Assembly: GCF_006345805.1 (NCBI RefSeq)
Contig: NC_042998.1
Coordinates: 116,746,001 to 116,810,000, forward strand
Reading direction: 5' to 3'
DNA length: 64,000 bases
From: Octopus sinensis
Taxonomy: Eukaryota
The notes beneath the pieces are model-generated. The model saw only the letters and a program-made list of their open reading frames with translations. It made no database searches and was not told the DNA's origin. The position numbers were made by a program, and so were the translations under genes. Positions 40,401 through 53,550 of the stretch are shown here, in pieces. Numbering within the stretch: position 1 is the first letter of the stretch; each line of letters begins with the position of its first letter.

Positions 40401-40669
40401 ATTTTGTCCAAAGTTAGGTTTTAGTTCACCATCAGCAGAGATCGCATTTTTCTTTCGTACTTTCGAGAGCGCTGAAAGAAAAAAACATTTTGAGTACTGG
40501 TGTCAAATGTAAGAGAATAGCTCCCACCCTTAACTTTCAGGCCTCGTGACTACATTAGAAATTATTATTATTATTCCTTGTTTCTTTTCTTCGTCATCTT
40601 TTTTTCTTCTTTGTATTATTATTAATAGCAGAAGCCGTAGCAGTAGACGTTGCGGTGGAAATAGAACCA

Positions 40670-40753
40670 AAAGTAGTGGCAGTAGTAGTAGTAGTAGTGG
40701 TGGTAGTAGTAGTAGTAGTAGTCGTAGTAGTAGTAGTAGCAGCAGCAGCAGTT

Positions 40754-40798
<45 letters not shown>

Positions 40799-40799
40799 T
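40670..40799. repeat. (TAG)n/(CAG)n microsatellite
   Basis: Directly visible. Confidence 0.95.
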
Positions 40800-41187
40800 A
40801 TAAATGTAGCTATTCTTTTATATATTCGATAGGACAGTGACATATTGTTAATAAGATATATCGACTATTTTCATTGTTCAATGTTACTGTTTTAGCCTTC
40901 CACATTCTATTTTCAGGATAATTTACTGTGTTTAGCACTGGCATGTTACACTGCACATTAAATAACTGGATATGTTTCGCAGTTTTTTAGTCTTTCAAGC
41001 AAAGGATTTATTTGAAATTATTGAACCGCGCATTATATTTAACGAAAGGAAAACAGTATTTTGAATGAAAAACTAAAATGATTGGAGATATCTATATATA
41101 TTTCTGACTTCAAACAATCAATAGATTTATCTATCTATCTATCTGTCTATCTGTCCTTCTGTCTGTCTATCTCTCTTTCTCTCTCTC

Positions 41188-41237
<50 letters not shown>

Positions 41238-41842
41238 TGTTTCTTTATTGGCCACACAGGGATGAATACAGAGGGGGCACAATACAATGTAGAGCTTTTC
41301 TTTTGGGGAAGCAGAAGAGAAGAAAACTTTTAAAAACTAAAAAAGTTGGTTGAATTCCGATCAAAAGGGATCGTGGGAAATAAAGGAGACCGATCAATAG
41401 GGATCGTGTTTCACAGAAATGTCAATGTAAAAAGGGAAAACAGATTAGGTTTATCCGTGGAAAGAAAAGCCTACGGAAAGGCAGTGGGAATCTTGGTCAA
41501 TAGTGTCATGCAAAAAAAAAACACACATTACAGTAAGTGGCTCTCCCTTTTCCTTTTTTGTTTTGGTTCGTAGATGATGCTCAAGTCAGCTCCGTCATTC
41601 ACATGCGCCATCCTTCCTACACTCACCCATCTTTTTTGGAAACATGGGTGAATGTAGCAATGATGATACGTGTGAATGATGGAACCAGCTCGAGCATAAT
41701 CCTCTTTATCTGTCTATCTCTCCACCTATCCATCTAGCTACCTATCTGTCTGTCTGTCTACCTATATTTCTGTCCATCTATCAATCTAGCTCTCTATGTG
41801 TCTGTCTGTCTGTCTGTCTAACTATATGTTTGTACGTATATA

Positions 41843-41882
<40 letters not shown>

Positions 41883-41885
<3 letters not shown>

Positions 41886-42068
41886 CATACCCGTGATGAT
41901 CCGTTATATGATGGAGCATTTTTTATAATGGACCAGTGGGTTGTATTTTCCACTCCCTTTTGTTTGAGCCTCCAGACGAAGTTCAATAGAGATGTGGAGT
42001 GCCTTTTATTGATATAAGAAAATGATGACAGGTCGTTACACAGACAATGTTTCGTGCTGTCTCCCGTG
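41883..42068 (-). mobile_element. PLE GIY-YIG endonuclease C-terminal fragment
   Basis: Translates as LSSFSYINKRHSTSLLNFVWRLKQKGVENTTHWSIIKNAPSYNGSSRVCN, matching the PLE 'SF..KR.ST.LS..IW.LK....WSI..A..Y....C' block also seen at 13230-13330. Confidence 0.75.
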
Positions 42069-42159
42069 CCTCGGCGGAATTTGAACTCAGAACGTAACAG
42101 TAGACGAAATACCGGTAAGCATTTCGTACAGCGTGCTATTGATTCTGCCAGCTCGCCGC
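42069..42159 (-). mobile_element. SINE family C 5' head only (tRNA-related region)
   Basis: GCGGCGAGCTGGCAGAATC...GTTCTGAGTTCAAATTCCGCCGAGG matches the head of 19973-20203 and stops before the core. Confidence 0.9.
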
Positions 42160-42254
42160 GAACGTACACGCACACACACACACACAAGCACACACAAAAA
42201 AATGTATAATGCCTATAAGGAAATACTTTTTCCATTCACCAAAGTAAATTGAGC

Positions 42255-42785
42255 ATTGACTTGGGGGGACTTATATCATCAGACAGTAACTAATGTTCAT
42301 CTGGTGCTTCGACCATGAACCGTAATACCCCACGTCAACATAGTTGTCCAAGTCGCTGTTCCTCTAGCTCCAGCTCCTCCTGTCTTTCAGCGGAACTCCT
42401 CTTCTTTGCTCCAAAGCCAACAAGATGCTCTTTCATCTGTCTCTCTCAACTTGCGCACAATCACCCTTCGCTCCTATCCTCTCATACAAACGGTTATAAG
42501 TAAACTCCATGCTGAATAAGCCCGGAATCCCCTGCAACCTACCTTGACTGGGAAAAGCTATACTTTCCACGGGACTATAATTTCAATTAAGATCATTTTC
42601 TTCGTTTTTTCAGACCATAGAACCATATTTGGCCTCATGGTTGTATGGACAACCTTGAGAAACAACAGCCGCTTCCATATGTTCACTTTCATATCCCATG
42701 CAGGGAGCTAGGTATGGTTTTTGCTGACTTTACTGGCTTCTCCCTATCTTGCACGAACTTACTTGCTGCAGCTACCTTCCCCTGG
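42255..42785 (-). mobile_element. HERO-like (restriction-like endonuclease) non-LTR retrotransposon 3' fragment
   Basis: FVQDREKP, WDMKVNI...TTMRPNMVLWSEKTKKMILIEIIVPW (RPD..W...E..VPW), FPVKVGCRGFPG, ERASCWLWSK, and a short 3'UTR ending ACTGTCTGATGATATAAGTCC. Confidence 0.75.
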
Positions 42786-42963
42786 TGATGATGATTAATA
42801 TGATGATGAGGATGATACACACACTCACTCACATATAATATTAACAACAACAACAATAATAATAATATTAGTGTATAAAGCTTCAAAAAAATTATCAGTG
42901 GCCAGCATATATAATGAAACCGATTAAGGTGAAAAGTATATGCATAATAATAATAAAGGCTTA

Positions 42964-43277
42964 GAAATAGATTTTCAAGCCATATGCTGAGAAAGGAATG
43001 CTAAATCGTCTCACCACCCCAAGAAGTCACAAACACCTGTTGAAATCGACGCAACAAGCCAACAGAAATTTTTAATAAGATAGTTCACTATTAGCTAATT
43101 TCTAATTCTGCCCAAAGTCTCTCCTGTATTCTGCTGAAATTAGCTAATACAGAAGTAAATAAATAAAAATTTCCGTTGGCTTGTTGCGTCAAATTCAACA
43201 CATGTGTTTGTGACTTCTTTGAGTGGTGAGACGATTTAGCGTCTTTTTCTCAACACATATCTCAAAAATATATTTCA
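42964..43277. mobile_element. Palindromic MITE-like element with ~100-bp inverted arms
   Basis: GCTAAATCGTCTCACCACCCCAAGAAGTCACAAACAC...GACGCAACAAGCCAACAGAAATTTTT pairs with AAAAATTTCCGTTGGCTTGTTGCGTC...GTGTTTGTGACTTCTTTGAGTGGTGAGACGATTTAGC. Inner repeat ATTAGCTAATTTC / GAAATTAGCTAAT. Confidence 0.75.
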
Positions 43278-43299
43278 AAGTCCTTATTATCATTATACA

Positions 43300-45334
43300 T
43301 ATTGGCAAGAACCCATATGTCAGAAATATGTACCACCGCACAAGGCCAACACAAAAAGGAACAAGATTCCAAGGGAAAGGAAGATCCTCATGAGACGACG
43401 GATGAAGGTTGCAAATCGTCTGAACTAAAGTTCCAAATGTAGCGAAAGTTCTGGCCTAAAACAACACTGATGGACATTGAAAAAAGCCAGCAGCAATTCT
43501 ATGTGAGGAAATGAGCAGAGAAAGAAGCCTGGGTTATAAAAAACATTAAGCCAAACCAAAAGGCCTTCTTTCATCATGCGAAGAAGCATCCCCAGTACGC
43601 TACAAAATAGGACTCCTCTTCCAAAAGGATGGCTCCCTCGCAGATTGTTCAAACAGGATCAGTGAGGTATTGAATGGGCAGTTCAAAAATGCCTTTACCA
43701 CCCCGTTGGATCACATACAAATGAACGAAGCAGTGGATTTATTTGCCGACTTACCTATAAAAAGCGATGCAGTTACGATGTAATACATCGATATCAGCGA
43801 AGAAGATATACCACTATCCATAGATGAGGTGGACGCAAACTCAACTGCTGGTCCTGATGGTTTCCTAGCAATCCACCTCAAATCGTGTAAGCGTACCCTG
43901 GCCAAACCCAAAAAGATTCTCTTCCAGAGCTTTCTTGCAAATGGCAAGCTGCCAAGCAAGATGAAGGGGGGAATAATATGCCCAATCCGTAAAGGAGAAG
44001 CAGAGTAGATGCCAAAAACTAGTCATGGAACAGATAGTCAGAGGGAAACTAATCGCATTCCTTGAAGAAAATAACTTGCTGAATGATACCAAGCATGGCT
44101 TTCGACCAGGTAACGCTTGCCTGACCCATCTCTTACAACATTATGACTGGGATTTGAGGCGGTTACTCAACAAGTCAAATGTAGACGTAATATACATTGA
44201 TTTTGCAAAAGGTTTTGATAAAGTGGAACATGGTATGAGGATGCCATAAACAGCATGAACTCGGCATAGCCGAAAACCTCGGGGAGTGGTTACATGACTT
44301 TCTGAAAGATACAAGCCAGGCAGTACTGTCCAATGCAGCCACCTCAATTAAAACACAAATAGTGAGCAGTGTTCTATAGGGCACTCTTTTAGGAACACTG
44401 CTTTTCATAGTGGCCCTCTCAGATATGCCCTCAAATGCCAGGATAGCTACCCTTGCTAGCAATGCAGACTATACGAACGCCTCGCAGAGAATACAGAACC
44501 CCAGCGATGTTGCACATCTGCAGTAGCATTCCGTCACAATTTACAAATGGACTGAGGATGATATTATGCAGTTTAATGCTCAAACATTCCAAGCCCTGTG
44601 CTACCAGCGTCCAAAGCTGTACATGAAACTTACCGGATACACTGGGCCACAGGGAATTACAATCCCAGAGCCTAAATAATTTAAGGGCCTGGGTATCGAC
44701 ATGCGTCGATGACAGGAAGGTGACAAAGTGCAGACGACTGGCTTGATGGAATCTGAAAACTTTCAGAACCACAGAAAAGGAAACTATGATAATCCTATGA
44801 AGGAAATTCGCCTCCAGCCTCCTGGATTACTGCTCCCAGCTATGGTCACCCAACAGTATAAAATTAACAACGGACAATGAAGCAATCCAACGAAGTTTCA
44901 CAAAGAAGACCGTCTCTTTGCAACAGCTCATCTGCTGGGAAAGGCTGAAAAAGGTAAGACTCCACTCCCTGGAGCGAAAGGTACGGGAGAGGTACGCAGT
45001 CATATGCATCTGGGAGATCCTGCAATGAGTTGTGCCAAATTTAGGCATTGAAAGCTCTGTAACATCCTGAGTTTCAGGAGCCCACAGCGTTTTAATATTC
45101 TCTCAAAGAGCCTGAGGAACTTACAAAAAGTGGATTTAGGCGTTTTGAAATCAAGGCTAGAGCTCTTCCTTTCGAGAGCCTCAGATGAACCCCCTCACGG
45201 CAAGACGTGCAAATAAGGGCAGTTACATCAGACTATTCTTCACCGTGTTTCACGAATTAGAGGTGGCTCACAATAAAAACAGTGTAGCAAAGTGGCGGTG
45301 CTCCAGCATGGTCACAGCTCTAAGCTGAAACTAC

Positions 45335-45337
<3 letters not shown>
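43300..45337 (+). mobile_element. CR1-like LINE, 5'-truncated, degenerate ORF2 (RT) with intact 3' tail
   Basis: IKNIKPNQKAFFHHAK, AGPDGF, MEQIVRGKLIAFLEENNLLNDTKHGFRPGNACLTHLLQHYD...VDVIYIDFAKGFDKVEHG, GTLLGTLLF, LLDYCSQLWSP, RLHSLERK. Ends GGCGGTGCTCCAGCATGGTCACAGCTCTAAGCTGAAAC followed by (TA)n. Confidence 0.9.
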
Positions 45338-45387
<50 letters not shown>

Positions 45388-45620
45388 AAAGTATTTGTAA
45401 AGTTATCTGGTACAATTTTACTAAGTAAAAAAGATATGTCTCACAAAATATATTTTCCAAAAACGTTATAAATTCTTCATTAGAACTTCACTAAATTTTA
45501 TGGAAGAAATTTCTTTCTCATGTGTGTACGCATGCACATATCTGTGTAGCTCTATTTATATATATGTATGTATATATGTATCTATCTATCTGTCTTTGTC
45601 TGTCTGCCTGTCTGTGCGTG

Positions 45621-45653
<33 letters not shown>

Positions 45654-45677
45654 TATATATTATATATATATATATTA

Positions 45678-45712
<35 letters not shown>

Positions 45713-45717
45713 GTGTG

Positions 45718-45748
<31 letters not shown>

Positions 45749-45851
45749 TCATATATATACATATATTTCTATGTATGTAATTTGTCTCTATACATACGTT
45801 AATATATGTGTGCGCGCGCATGTGTGTGTATGTACTCTTTCATTGTCTTAT

Positions 45852-46651
<800 letters not shown>

Positions 46652-47006
46652 TATATTTGAGCGTATGTGTGTTTATGCTTCAAAAATAATATTTATACCG
46701 AGTAAATGTAAGGATAATTATTTACGTGAAGGAAATATGAAAAAACAACTATCAGGGAAAATAATAACACACCTACACTGGTTTTCAATTCACTGCTCGA
46801 GAGCCGGTGGCTAAGCACCATGTTTTACTGATTTTAGTTGTTTTCCAGAGACGTGATAACCTCATAATAGACTATACGAAATTTGATGTTTACAAATTAA
46901 AATCATTATTACTAAATTGTGCTTCATTTAGGCATCTTTAGGGAAAATACATTTACTCACACACACACACATACTTGCACATACACACAGAAACACACGC
47001 ACACAT

Positions 47007-47059
<53 letters not shown>

Positions 47060-47771
47060 TACATATATATATATATATATGCGTGTGAGTACGTGCGTGT
47101 GTCTCTGTGTGTCTGAGTGTATGTGAGTTTCTACAATAAATATTTAGCTTAAACAAGAGAGATTCAAGAGTCGAGCATTTCATGCGTTAATATTTATCCA
47201 ACTTTCGGCATCCTTAAGAAGAATTGTCCCTTGCATTCATACATACATACATACGGACATACATATATACATACATACATACATATTTAATGCACAATTC
47301 CAATAACTAAATCCAATTACCGAATCTTATTTCATGAGACGCATACACGTTATAAAGAAAGTCAGAATGTATAAGATGACTATATGCATTTCACCGGTGG
47401 ATATCGACATAATGACGGACGTTTCGCAGTCAAAATCACCCGAAAATAGTTTATTTTAGCGTATAGCATCTTATTCTACATGTCTGTAAAAGTGTGTATG
47501 ACATAAGTTGCATAGTACTGTTGGGCATTTTCCAAGCGAATTCAAGTGTAGAAGACTAGGTCATCAGTTGAACAAAATATCATCGTTACAGCTACTTTTT
47601 CAATTTGAGTTGATACGAATGGATATAACCATTATATTCCATTGCTCTCTCGAACTGGACTTCTATACGATGTACATTAGGTCTGTGCAATTCATAACAT
47701 AGACACTAGTGCAGGTTTTTAAAATATATTTCTAACTGCATATGCATACATAGAAAGTATATATATGCATA

Positions 47772-47856
<85 letters not shown>

Positions 47857-47863
47857 GTCTATC

Positions 47864-47910
<47 letters not shown>

Positions 47911-47913
47911 TTA

Positions 47914-47917
<4 letters not shown>
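47772..47917. repeat. (TATC)n tetranucleotide microsatellite
   Basis: Directly visible. Confidence 0.95.
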
Positions 47918-47948
<31 letters not shown>

Positions 47949-48477
47949 ATGATAGCTCGGTAGCCAGTACATGCATTTTCTCTCTCCTTGTTTTTTTATG
48001 TGTCCCTTCCTGTAGAAGAGCGTAGACTCGAAACGTTAAAGACTTTTTCAATTCCTGAGCGTTTTACTAATACATCTCTTTGTTTTCTCTCAGTCAGACA
48101 CTGTTGGCTGCTGGGAAACATCCGCTGATGTCATTCTAAGTTAATTTGATTTTATTTCCACAACAGTAACGCCTGCATTAATTTCGAATGTTGAAATGAA
48201 GTGGGTACTTCTCATAACTTAAATTTTAAAGGACATTTTGTAGGCTGATGTCTCTTCGACAGTAGGAGGTTTCACAGCTGGAAACTTTACTGTAGAGTGG
48301 ATGGTGAGATATTTTACTATGCAATGATATAAAATTCAAATACAATATTAGTCGGTGAGTCATAGTATTTTCCATGCACATATATCTTGTGTGTTAGTTT
48401 CTTTTTGTGTTTTTGTGTTTGTGTGTGTGTGTGGATGTGTGTGCGTGTATGTGCGCGCGCGTGTGTCGACGCATGCA

Positions 48478-48575
48478 TAGCTGTGAGGTTAGTGGCTTGC
48501 TTCCTCATCACATGGTTTTGAGTTTTGTCACAAACTGTGATACCTCGTAGATGTGTCTTCCATTAAACCCTCGTA
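48478..48575 (+). mobile_element. Highly diverged SINE family A head
   Basis: GGCTTGCTTCCTCATCACATGGTTTTGAGTT...GTGTCTTCCATTAAACCCTCG resembles the family A head. Confidence 0.45.
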
Positions 48576-48638
48576 TATATATTTATATATATACGTATAT
48601 ATAAATATATATATATATATATAATATATATATATAAT

Positions 48639-48670
<32 letters not shown>

Positions 48671-50176
48671 AAAATATAAATATATATATATTATATATAT
48701 ATATATAAATATATGTGTGTGTGTGTGTGTGTGCGTGTGTGTATGTAGAGGTTGGAATAAACAGTTTTCAATCCAAACTACTACAATTGTTTCTGAGCTG
48801 ATATCGGCTGGTGAACGTCTTATGGAACCCAGTCACCTGAAGTCGTGCAGATACACAACTATTCGCGGATCATATTAACGCAAGAAAATGTATAATATTT
48901 AAAAACCCAAGTACTTACCATCGGTTACTAATATAGAGTAAAATTTTATTATAAGGATTTTAAATGAATTATTTTTGTACTAATGGATTTCCACGTGTAT
49001 TTCCAATAGAATTCATGCTGTGTAGCAGCAGATGGTAGCTGACGCTAGTAGAGAAGCTTTCAAAGTGTGTATGTAAGCGTGTGTGTATGTATGTATGTAT
49101 TTATGTCTATATATATACATATATATATTTTTTATGGTGAGTTGTTAGATATATATATATATATATCTACGTACGTCATTATGTAGGTCCTATGTATGAC
49201 ATTGACACTTAATTTTTCGATGGAACCCAAATAAAATGTCATTAATAAGTATAACAATTATTATTAGAAGAGAAATAGGAATATATCAAATTAGTTTCAA
49301 AAAATTACGTTTAATCTCTGTCTGTGGCACATTATGCTTTCCTTTTTTTTTTTACTTTCTTTCAGCTGCGTGAATTACCGAGTAATGTTTAATTCTTAAC
49401 ACGGTTTTCGTTTCCGTTTCAATAATTTTTTCTTCAGTTATCAATCATATAGCTAATTTCTACTTTATTAGAACCTAGCTAGCGTAGCTAATTTACTTCT
49501 TGCTATACAATTCTGTTCATATTGGAATCCTCTATAAACAGATAGTATTTCACTCATTTAAACTATTTGTAATTGACTTAATATATGCTTTCATTTTTAA
49601 TAATCAAAGTTTGGCTGTATGTCTTCGGGGTTAACTGGTATTACAGTTTCCTGAATCTCAGACAGATTTTTCTTTTTATTCCTGGTTTTCATAAAAATCC
49701 TTGTTAATTTCCTTACATTTCTAATTAAATGTTACAATATTTTTTGAAATATCCGACATTTAATAAATTGCGTGTAACATGTTTGTAATATTCAAAATGC
49801 TCAAAGATGTACATGGATTGGTTAAAATCTTTCTGTTAAAACAATTCTTAGTTGTTGTCTACTTCGAAATACAGAAAAAAGAGCAAAGGAAAATCAACAT
49901 GGTTATACACAAATGAAGCGTTAACTACAAATCTAAACAAGTTTTATTTTAAAGGGGTGTCCTCCTGTGTGTATGACGGAATGGATCACTTAGAATTAGC
50001 TGAGCTACCGGATGAAGTGAAAAATCATCACGGCAGCATTTCATTTCTAATATTTATATACATGGATCAGAATCTGTGCATAAACATTTTTCAGTCACCA
50101 GCAGAAGATGGGGTCAATTTGCACAATTATAATGCAATATCATCTACAACTTCCTTCGGTGAAAATAATTTGAAGT

Positions 50177-50561
50177 GGAAGCACCCCGTCGGTTACGACG
50201 ATGAGGGTTCCGGTTGATCCGAATCAACGGAACAGCCTGCTCGTGAAATTAACGTGTAAGTGGCTGAGCACTCCACAGACACGTGCACCCTTAACGTAGT
50301 TCTCGGGGATATTCAGCGTGACACAGAGAGTGACAAGGCCGGCCCCTTGAAATACAGGTACAACAGAAACAGGAAGTAAGAGTGAGAGAAAGTTATGGTG
50401 AAAGAGTACAGCAGGGATCACCACCTTCCCCTGCCGGAGCCTCGTGGAGCTTTTAGGTGTTTTCGCTCAATAAACACTCATAACGCCCGGTCTGGGAATC
50501 GAAACCGCGATCCTATGACCGCGACTCCGCTGCCCTAACCACTGGGCAATTGCGCCTCCAC
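50177..50561 (-). mobile_element. SINE family B, tail type B2, full length with 10-bp TSD
   Basis: Same head as B1 (TGGAGGCGCAATTGCCCAGTGGTTAGGGCAGCGG...AGCTCCACGAGGCTCCGGCAGG) but an unrelated 3' body. TSD AATTTGAAGT at 50167-50176 and 50562-50571. Confidence 0.92.
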
Positions 50562-50879
50562 AATTTGAAGTACACATTCAATCTATAGAGTGGGAAACTT
50601 TACATTACGAAGCTCATTACCAAATTTAGCTTATAAGATCTTGTCTTATTTTTGTTAGCTTGAATGCTTTAACAGTGACAAAAATATGTTATGAAGGAAT
50701 CAAAACTTCCAAAGTATCTAAAATAGTCGTTAAAATGTCTTTCTTAAATGTGTCGACTTCAATCGCTACCTACTGGAAAACTGTATCTCTATGTTTGCTG
50801 GTTAGGCTTTTTTGGTTGTATAAGGGTTGGTTTATCGCATGGTTCAAAAGAGACAACCCGTTCTCATTAACGTGTTTCT

Positions 50880-51470
50880 TCGTTAAGGCAGTTTGTATTT
50901 AGGAATCTATCTCTTTTTCACTCTTACTGAAAATTTCAGATCTTCCATGTAGAGGAAATGGTTATTTTTTCCATTATTATTTCCGAACTGACACCCTGCC
51001 TTTGCCTAAGTGTCTGATACTTGATTATAGATCTACTTTCCATTTCTTCATGCCAAAGCTAATTAATTATCTTACGTTATCTGCTATACTGAACATAATC
51101 AAACATTCACTTATCCATGAGTGTGGGACAATATCATGAGCTTTCCCATGACTTATCCATGTTATTCTTAGATTTTTTCTTTCTAGACTTTCATCTAGAT
51201 CTGCTTTGTCTATATACAATAAATCATGCGTTCCTCTAGACTTCTTCCTGCAACCTTTCTGTTCTTCTGGTAGTAAATTCTGGTTGTCAAGGTGCTCATA
51301 AATGCTTTCTGAAAGTATTCCTGTTAACCGCTTTCACACTAATGGTAAGAAAGTGATTGGCCTATAGTTGCTGGCTGTATTACCCTTGCTCTTATCTTTC
51401 GTAATGTGTATTGTCCTCCCTCTAGTCATCCAATCTGGTATTATTCTTCCGCTAAGGAAGGATAATAGGC
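50880..51470 (-). mobile_element. R4/Dong-clade RT fragment
   Basis: IPDWMTRGRTIHITKDK...NYRPITFLP...YEHLDNQNLLPEEQKGCRKKSRGTHDLLYID...KAHDIVPHSWISECL, then INHFLYMEDLK (YMDD motif) after an internal deletion. Confidence 0.88.
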
Positions 51471-53399
51471 CTATAGATGGTGGCGTCTTGTTGTTTGGCG
51501 GGCTTTTGAAGTTGCTTGAAAGACAACAGGAACAACACCGGCGAGAATATGTGTGTGCTTATGTGTCTGTATATGTGAGTGTGCGTACGTGTGAGTGTGT
51601 GTGTGTGTGTGTGTGTATGTATGTGTGTGTGCATAGTGTGTTAATTTTGTCATATGATGTCTGTGATTTTATATATCTTATAAGACTCTCAATAAGTTAA
51701 ATTTTCTGGAATTTCAAGAAATGCACTTGGACGATCGGCCTTTGAGAAACGTAAGGTATATGATTCCTAGAATACTAGAATTATTCTCATCACTCCTTGA
51801 GTCAACATATATAATTATTAAATGACTTCGCATGTTTGTTGCACATATCAACATGTGAGTATGTATATATGTATTTCCATAAAAAAACAGTATTACGTCA
51901 TGCTAAATTATCAGTACTCTGTCATGTAATATATAGAAAAGGAATTAATAGATCTGGCTCTCTCATATCACCTTCTTAGTGAAGTTTGCAAGCCGAAACT
52001 GATGAGAAATACAGCATAGGTACAATTAAGAGGCTTTCTTGTTTCATGCTAAAATACAGAAATATCAGATTAGAATTTAACTAAGCAACATCACATGCCT
52101 TTCGCCGGTAAGATTCTTGTTCACTCTTATCATCTTTCCTTTTAGCACCTTACCACGTACCACAACATCACCTATTTCAACAAAATGATTAACAGTTAAG
52201 TAATGTGTTCCATTAAGTCGGCCTTACGTCTGCTATAAACTATGTAGGCATTATGTTTGGGTTAGAAATTAATTTTCCCCTGTATTTAGATTATCGAATC
52301 ACTCTTTTGCAATATAAACACATTAACGAATCGATAAAGTTACAGGCATCATTAATGGTACAAACTATAGGTATATAAAATGTTCTGGTAAATAGAATAA
52401 TAGGATGGATATAATGACAGTTGAAATAATTGAAATCTTTCATACGTTTTGTAGTAAATAAATTCCGATTTATATAGAAATAATAACTGAGATGAATAAA
52501 GTGTCTCTTTAATTAAGGATTTATTTAGCATAATATTGCATTTCATTTCCTTTGCAATTCAATGGCTACCATGAAATGATACTCTATTTCCCATTTCTCT
52601 AAAATATTGAATGTTAACTCTAATCATCTAATCTAATTTATTTGGAAAGGAAATTGAGCTTGATTAATCCGATTGAATTAAAAGTGAAGTATAGTATATT
52701 GCAGAATATATGTGTCCACCAAAGTAAAACACTCTATATGTTTATAAAAGACCATCCCCATAGATGTGTAAACATTCTTAACTACATATTAGAGTACAAA
52801 TCAAAAACGGATCGCCTTCGATGTAACGGAGGTTAGGCGACAGAATAGATTAACTTTATGGAATATATATAAGAAAAATGCTTTTATAAATTTGGAGTTC
52901 AGGCTACAAATAGTCGCTGACAATTACATTCATTTACATTTGAGACAATACAGGGCTGCTGTATTATTTTTTACATAGCCTCCATCTTGCTTTGAAAAAG
53001 CTCCTAAAACTAATAAGTGTATTGACATAACAACCGATGTTTACAGTATTATATAATTATCAGAACATCAAAGACAATGAAATCTGCCGTCTGTGCTATG
53101 AATTACATGTTGTGTGAATATGTATACCTAACGCAACACGCACAAACGTGGGCACATACATCTCCATACATGTTTACAAAATTACATGTATATATGATAT
53201 ATATGATACATATAATCTAGATATAATGCACAAACACTGGTATAAAAATACATGCTCTTATTTACAGTCAAATATACAGATACACAAGCGCACAAACACT
53301 CACATGAGCATCCGAGGTGTACTTGCATGTGTGGTTATGAACAAATACACACACACACACACAGACATAGATATATGCATCTATGTATATATGTTTCTT

Positions 53400-53550
53400 T
53401 TTTTTTTCATTTGCTTCATTCATTGGATTAAATCCTTCACAACGAAGCCTTAAAGGATTTTAGTCGAAGAAAACGACATCAGTACTTCTTCCTTTCTGTT
53501 TTTTCAGCTTTGTACTTATGCTATAGGACGCTTTTGCCGAACCGGTCCTA
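53400..53550 (-). mobile_element. Diverged 3' half of SINE family A
   Basis: TTTAGTCGAAGAAAACGAC...GTACTTATGCTATAGGACGCTTTTGCCGAACCG resembles the family A body. Confidence 0.5.

Noticed and set aside
49852-50217. 121-aa ORF
   Set aside because: Its 3' end is inside the SINE B2 tail and TSD; no recognisable homology.
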